DNA of 64,000 nt from Vicinamibacterales bacterium. Lineage in GTDB: Bacteria > Acidobacteriota > Vicinamibacteria > Vicinamibacterales > UBA2999. The stretch covers positions 14,573 through 78,572 of the forward strand of contig JBOGIW010000612.1 in the NCBI GenBank assembly GCA_050748045.1. The letters are read 5' to 3'. The translations under genes and the position numbers were made by a program. The notes under the pieces were generated by a model. The model had not been told where the DNA came from. It did not search any database and was given only the letters and a program-made list of their open reading frames with translations. Within the stretch, counting starts at the first letter, position 1. Each line of letters opens with the position of its first letter. This document shows positions 9,559-19,100 of the stretch, piece after piece.

Positions 9559-10722
9559 ATGACCGCCAGAGTGTTGCTCGTTCTCGCCGGGTTCCTGTCC
9601 TTTCCCGCGTGCGATGCCGGGACGGGAGGAGCCGGCGACGGTGCCGCCGCCGGGCCGATCCTCATCGGCGCGCCGTGGCCGTGGGAAGCGCGAAAGAACC
9701 TGTTGTACGGCCAGGGACTGGACATGGCGCTCGAGGAGATCAACGGCGCGGGAGGGATCCACGGGCGGTTCCTGCAGATCCTTCGTGAAGACGATCGAGA
9801 GACCGTCGATCAGGGACGCATCGTGGCCCAGAAGCTTGCGGCCAATCCGAACGTCGTGGCGGTCATCGGACACCTCCAGTCGTTCATCACGGTTCCCGCG
9901 GCGGCGATCTACGACCTCGCCGGCGTGGCGCTGCTGACGCCCACGTCCACCGATCCAGGGCTCACCGAGCAAGGCTACAAGATGGTGTTCCGCGCCACGT
10001 TCACGGACAGACAGGTGGGCAGTCAGATGGCATCCCTCGCGCTCGCGAGGAAACATCGGCGCGTCGCCATCTATTACATCCGCGACCGGTATGGGCGCGG
10101 CCTCGCGAACGCGTTCGAGGAGACGTTCGGACAGAACGGGGGGCTCGTCATGGATCGCCAGTCGTACGATCCGAGCGGAGCGGCCAACAGCCGTCCGCTC
10201 GCGCAGCTCGTGGACGACTGGAAGGGTCGCGAGCTCGACGCGATCTTCATAGCCGGTGAAGCGCCCCAAGCGGCGCTCTTCATCGCCGAGGCGCACCGCC
10301 GCGGCCTCCGCGTGCCTGTCCTCGGCGGCGACGCGCTCGGCACACCGGAGCTCTTTGCCGTGGACCACAGGTCGGTCGAGGGTGTGACCATTGCCACGCC
10401 GTTCCATCCCGACGACTCGCGGCCCGAGGTCCGCAGGTTCGACGAGGCGTTTCAGCGGCGCTACGGACGCAGGCCCGACACGGCCGCCGCGCTCGCCTAC
10501 GATTCGCTTCGTCTCCTCGCCGAGGGAATCAGGCGCGCCAGGGCCGCCACGCGGGCCGAGATTGGAGCCGGGCTGCGTACGGTGTCGAAGTGGCCGGGCG
10601 TCACCGGTGCGTTTACGTTCGACGAGGCGGGCGATCTCGTGAGCCATCCGCTCGTCACCGCGGTGGCCCGCGATGGACGGTTCGCCTTCGTGCCCAATGG
10701 GGCAGCCGACGCTCACGAGTGA
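9559..10722 (+). CDS. LivK/Leu-Ile-Val-type periplasmic substrate-binding protein, probable lipoprotein
   Basis: N-terminus MTARVLLVLAGFLSFPAC (signal plus Cys). Type-1 periplasmic binding protein pattern: IGAPWP.., VVAVIGHLQS, YKMVFRATFTD, IFIAGEAPQAALFIAEA. Starts 12 nt after the ABC gene. Confidence 0.7.
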   Translation: MTARVLLVLAGFLSFPACDAGTGGAGDGAAAGPILIGAPWPWEARKNLLYGQGLDMALEEINGAGGIHGRFLQILREDDRETVDQGRIVAQKLAANPNVVAVIGHLQSFITVPAAAIYDLAGVALLTPTSTDPGLTEQGYKMVFRATFTDRQVGSQMASLALARKHRRVAIYYIRDRYGRGLANAFEETFGQNGGLVMDRQSYDPSGAANSRPLAQLVDDWKGRELDAIFIAGEAPQAALFIAEAHRRGLRVPVLGGDALGTPELFAVDHRSVEGVTIATPFHPDDSRPEVRRFDEAFQRRYGRRPDTAAALAYDSLRLLAEGIRRARAATRAEIGAGLRTVSKWPGVTGAFTFDEAGDLVSHPLVTAVARDGRFAFVPNGAADAHE

Positions 10723-10781
10723 TCGGGTTCATCGGCGTCTTCGGACGTCCGCTGCGGGGCCTTTCGTCTTCAGGAGCGAAT

Positions 10782-11792
10782 ATGTCACCAACGCCGATTG
10801 ACCTCTCGGCCCATGGCTCCGTTCACGCAACCACCTGGGAGACGACGGGATCGTGTCCACTCGTGCTGCAGCCGGCGGCGGCGTGCAGCGCGAGCGAGTG
10901 GGTTGCCGGCAATCTCGATGCGGTCGAGGCGGCCCTGCACGAGCATGGGGCAATGCTGTTTCGCGGCTTCAGCGAGCGCGAGCAGTCGGGACTCGAACGG
11001 TTCACCAACACGCTGCGTCTCGAGCTGATGCACTATGTCGAAGGCGCCACGCCGCGGAAGCAGCTCGGCGATCACGTCTACACATCCACCGAGTTCCCGC
11101 CAGAACATGCCATCGCGCTCCACAACGAGCTCTCGTACGTGCTCACGTGGCCGATGAAGATCATCTTCTTCTGCGTGACGGCGCCGGAGCACGGCGGCGA
11201 AACGCCGCTGGCCGACGTGCGACGCGTGTACGCGCGAATTCCGCTCGACATCCGGGCGCGATTCGCCGCGAAGGGATGGATGCTCGTCCGCAACTTCGGC
11301 GAGGGACTCGGTCTGACGTGGCAGAGCGCCTACCGTACGACGGACCGGTCGGCGCTCGAGACGTACGCGAAAGAGGCGCGACTCACGCTCGAATGGCGCG
11401 ACGAGCACAGGCTGCGGACGCGGCAGGTTCGTCCGGCGATCGCCCGCCATCCGGCAACGGGCGACACGGTGTGGTTCAACCACGTGGCGTTCTGGCATGC
11501 GTCGAGCCTGGGGTCAGAGTTCCGCGAGCTGCTCGTCGAGGAGTTCGGAGAGGACGGCCTTCCCTACAACACGTATTACGGCGACGGATCGCCGATCGAG
11601 GACTCCGTCGTGGAGCAGCTGCGGGCGGCGTACGACGCCGAAACAGTTGCGTTCCGCTGGCAGCAAGGCGATCTGCTGCTCGCCGACAACATGCTCGTGG
11701 CACACGGGCGACGTCCCTTCGCGGGGCCGCGGCGGATCATCGTGTCCATGGGGCAGCCACACACGCGCGACGACTTCCACGCCGTCGTGTGA
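10782..11792 (+). CDS. TauD/TfdA-family Fe(II)/2-oxoglutarate dioxygenase (SyrP/clavaminate-synthase-like hydroxylase)
   Basis: HNELSY..(H-x-E facial triad), WPMKIIFFCVTAPEHGGETPLADVRRVY, distal His/Arg in DLLLADNMLVAHGRRPF. AGGAG sits 5 nt upstream of ATG 10782. The longer ORF from 10590 has no support. Confidence 0.8.
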   Translation: MSPTPIDLSAHGSVHATTWETTGSCPLVLQPAAACSASEWVAGNLDAVEAALHEHGAMLFRGFSEREQSGLERFTNTLRLELMHYVEGATPRKQLGDHVYTSTEFPPEHAIALHNELSYVLTWPMKIIFFCVTAPEHGGETPLADVRRVYARIPLDIRARFAAKGWMLVRNFGEGLGLTWQSAYRTTDRSALETYAKEARLTLEWRDEHRLRTRQVRPAIARHPATGDTVWFNHVAFWHASSLGSEFRELLVEEFGEDGLPYNTYYGDGSPIEDSVVEQLRAAYDAETVAFRWQQGDLLLADNMLVAHGRRPFAGPRRIIVSMGQPHTRDDFHAVV

Positions 11793-11812
11793 TCGTCCAG
11801 GAGATGACCGCC

Positions 11813-11998
11813 ATGTCCGAGCCTCTTGCCCCCGGCCTCCGGTCGACGACGCCGCGCGTCGACTCGACGACGGCTGATCCGCAGGCGTTGGCGCCGCTCG
11901 CGGCGCGCGACCCGTCCGCCGACGACGGCGAGCTCACCGAAGCCGACCTCGCACGCGTGGTCGGCGGGCTCGATTGGTCGCAGATGCTCCTGCCGTAA
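11813..11998 (+). CDS. Candidate RiPP/bacteriocin precursor peptide: 52-aa leader ending in a double-glycine motif plus a 9-aa core
   Basis: MSEPLAPGLRSTTPRVDSTTADPQALAPLAARDPSADDGELTEADLARVVGG|LDWSQMLLP. The leader end ELTEADLARVVGG resembles the (E)LS/TxxxLxxVxGG cleavage region of Nif11/NHLP and class II bacteriocin leaders. Third-codon positions are strongly G/C, as in the neighbouring genes. AGGAG lies 9 nt upstream. An in-frame ATG at 11804 is an alternative start. Confidence 0.65.
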   Translation: MSEPLAPGLRSTTPRVDSTTADPQALAPLAARDPSADDGELTEADLARVVGGLDWSQMLLP

Positions 11999-12017
11999 GG
12001 CTTAATCCGTTTTTCGT

Positions 12018-12044
12018 CCCCGCGGCCTATGGAACGCCGCGGGG
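12018..12044 (+). promoter_or_regulatory. Perfect 9-bp GC stem-loop 20 nt downstream of the precursor gene (possible attenuator or mRNA-stabilising element; no U-tract)
   Basis: CCCCGCGGC-ctatggaac-GCCGCGGGG read directly from the sequence. It lies in the longest intergenic gap (145 nt) of the left half of the cluster. Confidence 0.45.
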
Positions 12045-12142
12045 CGCGGCGATACAGTAGCGGCCACATCGACCTTCCCTGGACCGCCCCCCACGGTGTC
12101 CATGGCGGAAGCCCGCCCATCGCATCACCCCAGGAGGAGACC

Positions 12143-12382
12143 ATGAGCATCTTCGACAATGAGGAAGACACGACCATCTACAACGTCGTCGTCAACCACG
12201 AGGAGCAGTACTCGATCTGGCCGGCACATCTTCCCGACGTTCTCGGCTGGCGCAAGGTCGGCGTCTCCGGCATCAAGCGCGAGTGCCTCGAGTACATCGA
12301 GCGGGTGTGGACCGACATGCGGCCGCTGAGCCTGCGGCGAAAGATGGAGCAGGACGCGCAGGCCGTGGCGGCGTCACGGTGA
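12143..12382 (+). CDS. MbtH-like protein
   Basis: [45 protein letters not shown], the canonical MbtH signature. GGAGGAG upstream of ATG 12143. Confidence 0.95.
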   Translation: MSIFDNEEDTTIYNVVVNHEEQYSIWPAHLPDVLGWRKVGVSGIKRECLEYIERVWTDMRPLSLRRKMEQDAQAVAASR

Positions 12383-12386
12383 GGCG

Positions 12387-13157
12387 ATGACGTCGCCGTG
12401 GATCGCCCATCGCGTGCAGAAACCGGCCGCGCGCGTCCGCCTGCTCTGCTTCCCGCACGCCGGCGCGGGCGCATCGGTGTTCCGTCCGTGGACCCGCGCC
12501 GCGGATGAGACGCTCGACGTCTGTCCGGTGCAGCTGCCGGGCCGGGAGACGCGCTGGGGAGAGCCGCCGATCGATCGCGTCGAGCCGCTCGTCGACGCGC
12601 TCTGCGATGCGGTGGCGCCGTGCATCGAGGATCGTTACGCGCTCTTCGGCTGCAGCATGGGGGCGGTCGTCGCCTTCGAGCTCGCGCGAGCGCTGCGGCG
12701 GCGGTCGCTTCCCTCGCCGTCGCACCTCTTCGTCGCCGCACGGCGCGCTCCCACGCGGCTGGATCGCCGCGCGCCGATCCACCACCTGTCGGACGCGGAG
12801 CTCGTCCGCCGCATCGGGGCCTATGCCGGAACGCCGGCGGAGATACTCGCGAGTGCGGACGTCATGAGCCTCTATCTCCCGGCGATCCGCGCGGACTTCA
12901 CGCTCTGCGAGACCTACGTCTGCCAGCCCGGGCCGCTGCTCGACTGCCCCGTCAACGTTTTCGGCGGACACCTCGATTCGGAGGTGACGCCCGACGACCT
13001 CGCCGCGTGGCGCGACGTCACCGTGTCGTCCTGCCGTGTGCAGATGTTCGACGAGGGACACTTGTTCCTCCACAGCCAGCAAAGCGTTCTCCTCGACACG
13101 ATAGCGAGCGAGCTGTGGCGCACCGACGCCACGCCGGAACGCGTCGCCGTCGCCTAG
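12387..13157 (+). CDS. Type II (editing) thioesterase
   Basis: RLLCFPHAGAGASVFRPW, GxSxG as LFGCSMGAVVAFELA, C-terminal FGGHLD...DEGHLFL. Confidence 0.9.
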   Translation: MTSPWIAHRVQKPAARVRLLCFPHAGAGASVFRPWTRAADETLDVCPVQLPGRETRWGEPPIDRVEPLVDALCDAVAPCIEDRYALFGCSMGAVVAFELARALRRRSLPSPSHLFVAARRAPTRLDRRAPIHHLSDAELVRRIGAYAGTPAEILASADVMSLYLPAIRADFTLCETYVCQPGPLLDCPVNVFGGHLDSEVTPDDLAAWRDVTVSSCRVQMFDEGHLFLHSQQSVLLDTIASELWRTDATPERVAVA

Positions 13158-13187
13158 CCATCGCCCGAGGCCGTCCGGGAGCGGCAC

Positions 13188-16100
13188 GTGATGATCCGAT
13201 CTCAACGTGAAGATCCGGTGTCTGAGTTGGATGGACGCGAGAGCGCCAACGAGGCCAGGCGCACGCGGCTCTCGGCGGCCAAGCGTCTGCTGCTCGAGCA
13301 GCGGGCGCGCGGACAGGCCCCGCTCCGAGGCGCCCTCGATTGCATTCCTGCCCGTCCGCCCGGCGACGCGCCGTTGTCGTTCGCCCAGGAACGGATGTGG
13401 TTTCTGCAGCAGCTGTACCCAGCCGGCGCCGCATTCCATGTCCGCGTCGTGCAGCGGCTTCGCGGTCCTCTCGACGTGAATCTGCTCGAGGAGTGCCTGC
13501 AGACGATCATCGGCCGGCACGAAGCGCTGCGCACCACGTTTCCCGCGCACGACGGGGTTCCAGCGCAGGTCGTATCACCGAGCGCGACGTGCAGCGTCAC
13601 GCTCGTCGACCTCCGCCATCTCGGCGACGTCGAGCGGCAGGCTGCGATCGCCGCGACGATCGACGGCGAAACCTCGAGGCCGTTCGATCTCGCGAGCGGC
13701 CCGCTGTTGCGCGTCTCGGTGATGCGCCTTCGGAGCGAGGACCACGTGCTCCTGCTGGTCACCCACCACATCGTCGTGGACGGCCAAAGCGTCGGCACGC
13801 TCTTTCGCGAGCTCGGCGAGCTTTACGGCGCGCGCAAGGCGGGCCTTCGCCCCCGCCTGCCCGACCTGCCGATTCAGTACGCGGACTTCGCCGCCTGGCA
13901 GAGATCCTCGCTGACGGCCGAGCGACTCGAGCGGCACCTCGCCTACTGGAAGGAACAACTCGCCGGTGCGCCGCCCGTGCTGGAGCTGCCGACCGACCGG
14001 CCCCGCCCCGCCGTTCCGACCCATCGTGGCGCACACCGCCGCGTCCGGATCGCGGCGCCGCTCACGCGAGCATTGAAGGCCGTGAGCCGTCGGGCGGGCG
14101 CCACGATGTACATGACATTGTTGGCGACGTTCGAGATCCTGCTCGCGCGCTACACCGGTCAGACCGACGTCGTCGTCGGATCGCCGGTCGCCGGCCGGCT
14201 GCGGGCAGAGCTCGAGCCGCTCATCGGCTGCTTCATCAACATGGTGACGTTGCGAGCGAACGTGGCGGACGACCCGACGTTCGAGGCGTTCCTCGCGCGT
14301 GTCCGACAGACCGTGCTCGACGCGCAGGAACATCAAGAGTTGCCGTTCGAGCAACTCGTCGCCGAGCTGCAGCCCGAGCGGGCCGTACACACGACCCCGC
14401 TGTTTCAGGTCCTGTTCGGGTTCCAGAACGTCGAGGAGGGCGGGCTGCGGCTCGCTGGCACGACGGCGGAGACGATCGACCATCCCGTCACCACCACCGC
14501 GAAACACGACCTGTCGGTCAGTCTCACCGAGCGCGGCGGAGAGGTGACCGGCGCCGTCGAGTACGCGACGGATTCATTCGATCCGACGACCATCGACCGC
14601 TTCATCGGTCACTACATGACGTTGCTCGAAGAGATCGTCGCACGGCCCGGCTCGCGGCTGTCGCAGCTGCGGCTGCTCTCGCCCGCCGAACACCGCACGA
14701 TGGCCGAGTGGCAGGTCTCGTCACCCGTCTCGATCCCGACGGTGCCAGAGGTCTTTGCGGCGCATGCGGCGGCGACGCCGGCCGCGGTCGCGGTCGTCGA
14801 GGGTGCCCGCACGCTCTCCTACGGCGACTTGGAGCGGCGCGCGAACCGGGTGGCGCATGCGCTTCGTCAGCGGGGCATCCGTCGCGGCACGCTCGTGGGC
14901 GTTTCGCTGCCGCGGTCGATCGATCTCGTCGTGGCGCAACTCGCGGTGCTGAAAGTCGGCGCCGCCTACGTGCCGCTCGACCCGGGTTACCCGGCCGAGC
15001 GGCTTGGCATCATGGTGGGCGACACCGAAACCCCGCTCGTCATCTCGGATCCGGCGTCGCCGAACCGACTGCCTTCAGGGATCGCCGTGGTCGATGCCGC
15101 CGCGCTCGAATCGGAGGCGCCGCCAATCGACGCGACCCCGCCATGTCCGGCAGCCGCGGACGACCTCGCGTACGTGATGTTCACGTCGGGGTCAACCGGC
15201 CGTCCGAAGGGCGTGATGGTGACCCATCGCGGCATTCTGCGGCTGGCCGGCGCCAGCGGCCTCATCGCGCTCGGTCCGGACGACACGCTCGCGCACGTGT
15301 CGAACCCCTCGTTCGACGCCGCGACGTTCGAAATCTGGGGTGCGCTCCTGAACGGCGGACGACTCGTGGTGATGCCGCACGATCTCGTCCTCACCGTCGA
15401 TGCGTTCGTTGCGGCTCTTCGTGACAGCGGCGTGACGACGCTTACCCTGACGACGCCGCTGTTCAATGAGGTCGTGGCGCACGTACCTGATGTCATCGGC
15501 CGCATGCGTCACGTGCTGTTCGGCGCCGACCGCGTCGACCCGGCGTCGGTGGCAACGGCGATCGTTCACGGCGCACCCGAACGCCTGCTTCACGTGTACG
15601 GACCGACGGAGAACATGACGTTCACCACCGGGTTCCACGTGCGGCAGGCGCCGAAGCGCGGCGAGACGGTGCCGATCGGCCGTCCGGTGACCGACACATG
15701 TACATACGTCCTCGATCGCTTCCGCCAGCCGGTGCCGCCAGGCGTTATCGGAGAGCTGGTGGTCGGTGGCGCAGGCCTCTCCCCCGGATATTGGAAGCGC
15801 CCGGCGCTCACGGCGGAGAAGTTCGTGCCCGATCCGCTCAGCGCCATACCGGGATCCAGGGTGTACCGCACGGGCGACCTCGGTCGCTGGCGGGTCGACG
15901 GCGAGCTCGAGTTCGTCGGTCGCCGCGATCACCAGGTGAAGATTCGCGGATTCCGCGTCGAACCGGGCGAGATCGAGGCGGTTCTGCGCGGCCATCCTTC
16001 CGTCGGTGCCTGCGCCGTGGTGGCGCGAGAGGAGCCGAAGGGGCGGCGGCTCGTCGGATACGTGGTGGGGACCGCCGGTGCAGGGTTCGATCTCGAGAGC

Positions 16101-19100
16101 GACCTCCGCTCCTTTCTTTCAGCGCGGCTGCCCGACTACATGGTCCCCAGCGCGCTCGTACGCCTCGAACGGCTGCCACTCACGCCGAATGGCAAGGTCG
16201 ATCGAGGCGCGCTGCCAGGCCCCGACGCGGAGAGGCCGGTCACCGCAGCGCCGCGCACACCTACGGAGGAGGTCATCGCCGGCATCTGGGCCGAGGTGCT
16301 CGGACTCGACGACGTATCCGTCCACGACGACTTCTTCGATCTTGGCGGCCACTCGCTCCTGGCCATGCGAGTCGTGGCACGAATGCGCCGCGCGTTCGGG
16401 ATCGATCTCGCCGTCCGTGCCCTGTTCGAGAAACCGACGGTCGCCGCGCTGGCGGCCGAGATTGCCCGCACCGCGGCGCGTGGCCGGCATGCGGATGTAC
16501 CTCCGCCGGCGGCAGGCGCGGCCCGGCCCGACCGACTCCCGCTCTCGTTCGCGCAGCAGCGCATGTGGTACATGCAGCAGCTCGCGCCAGCGAGCACGGC
16601 GCTCCACATTCCGCTCACATGGCGCGGCCGCGGCCACCTCGACATCGAGGCGCTCTCATGGGCGCTCACCGAGCTCCTGGATCGTCACGAGACACTGCGC
16701 ACGCGATTTCCGCTGCGAGACGGCGTGCCGCTGCAGATCATCGATCCGCCGGCGCCGGTCACGATCGACGTCGAGGATCATCGCACGCTGACGGTCGAGG
16801 CACAGGAATTCATCGTGCGCGCGCGGACACGCGCCGTGATCGAGCAGCCGTTCGACCTCGCCACCGGCCCGCTGTGGCGCGCGCGCGTGATGAAGCTCGG
16901 CGCCGATCACCACGTCCTGGCGCTCGTGCTCCATCACATCGTCGCTGACGCGTGGAGCCTGGACATCTTCTGCCGCGAGCTGGCGGCGCTCTACAGCGCG
17001 CGCCTGTCGGCCCGGTCGTCGCCGCTGGCGCCTCTGTCTCTCCAGTACGCCGACTTCTCGACGTGGCAGCACACCTGGCTCGAAGGCGATCGACTCGACC
17101 GCGAGCTGGCGTTCTGGAAGGCGAATCTGGCGGGAGCACCCGCACTCCTGCAACTTCCCTCCGATCGACCGCGACCGCCGATCGCGAGCGGGCGAGGGGG
17201 CAACGCGCCGGTGCGCATCGGACCGGCGCTGACGAAAGCGCTGCGCGCCCTGAGCCGCCAGCACGACGTCACGCTGTACATGGTCCTGCTCGCCGCGTTC
17301 CAGGTGCTCGTCACGCGATATACGGGCCAGAAGGACCTCGTCATCGGAACGTCCATCGCCGGCCGGACCCAGGCCGAGGCCGAGTCGCTCATCGGCGTCT
17401 TCTTCAACGTGCTGCCGCTCCGCACGAGCCTCGCCGGAAATCCTTCGTTCGTCGAGCTCCTCGGCCGCGTGCGCGAGACGACACTGGGTGCGTATCAGCA
17501 CCAGGATCTGCCCTTCGAACGCCTCGTTCGCGAGCTCTCGCTGCCGCGCACGCTCAGCTACAGCCCCGTCTTCCAGGTCCTGTTCGAGCTGCACGACTCG
17601 CAACTGAGCGCCCCAGCGTTGCCGGGACTCGTCATCGACAGCGTGTGGATCGAGGGGAGCCACACGGCGAAGTACGACCTGACGATGTCGCTGGTGCAGC
17701 AGGGCGATGGCGTGGCCGGCGGCGTGGAGTACAGCCGCGACCTGTTCGAACCGGCGACGGTCGAGCGGCTCGTGGGCCATTACCTCACGCTGCTCGAAAG
17801 CATCGTGCAGGAGCCGGGTCAGGCGATCGCGCAGCTCCCGCTCATTCCCGCGGCGGAGCGGCGGCAGCTCGTGAACGAGTGGAATGCCACTGCACTGTCG
17901 TGGGACCCGGCATGTCTCGACGAGCTCTTCGAGGCGCAGGCGCATGCGACGCCAACGGCGGTTGCCGTCGAAGCGGCAGATGGCGCGTCGTGGACCTACG
18001 CCGCGCTGAACGCGCGCGCCAATCAGCTCGCGCGCATTCTCCGTCGCGGCGGCGTTGGACCCGACGATCGGGTCGCCATCTGCGTGCCCCGCAGCATCGA
18101 CCTGATCGCGGGACTGCTTGGGGTGTTGAAGGCAGGAGCGGCGTACGTGCCGCTGGATCCGTCGTATCCCGCCGAACGCCTCCAGTACATGGCGAGTGAT
18201 GCCGGAGTCCGCTCGATCGTGACGCACGCGTCGTGCGCGGCCATGTTTGCCGCGAACGCACCCGTGCTCTGTCTCGATCGCATGACTGAGGCGCTGGCCG
18301 CGGAGGATTCCGCCGACCTCCCGCGAGTCACGACGCCGGCACATCTGGCCTATGTCTACTACACGTCGGGATCGACCGGGCGGCCGAAGGGCGTCGCAAT
18401 CAACCACGACGGCATCGTCAATTACGTGCGTTGGGGTTGTCGCGCCTACGGCGCCGCGATGGGCGGCGGCGCGCCGCTGCATTCCTCGATCGCGGTGGAC
18501 CTGACGCTCACGAACCTGCTGCCGCTGTTTGCGGGCGGCCGCGTTCAACTCGTGGAGGAAGGGCCGGGCGTGGATGGACTCGTGAAGGCGCTTCACGCCC
18601 GTCCGCGTTGGGGTCTGCTGAAGCTGACGCCAACGCATCTTGCGCTCCTCAATCCGGCTCTCACCCCCGAGGAGCGGGAGGCCAGCGCCCGCGTACTGGT
18701 GATTGGCGCAGACCAGCTCACGGCAGAACCGACGGCGGTATGGCAGGAGACGGCACCGGGTGTGACGCTCATCAACGAGTATGGCCCCACGGAAACGGTC
18801 GTGGGCTGCAGCAGCTACGTCTTCGATCGCCGTGCGCCGAAAGCAGGCGTTGTGCCGATCGGGCGGCCGATTGCGAACACGACGTTCTACGTCATGGATC
18901 CCGAGCGCGAGCTGTTACCGATCGGCATTCCCGGTGAGCTGTACATCGGCGGCGTCGGCGTGGCGCGCGGCTATTGGGGCCGTCCGGGGCTGACCGCCGC
19001 GCAGTTCGTGCCCGATCCGTTCCGCGGCATTCCCGGCGGACGCATGTACAAGACCGGCGACCGTGCCCGCTATCTGCCGAGTGGCGACCTGGAGTGCCTC

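Noticed and set aside
12636-12660. Cys next to the active-site Ser in the type II thioesterase (GCSMG instead of GHSMG) as a possible active-site change
   Set aside because: The GxSxG nucleophile Ser is intact. The variable x position is not catalytic.
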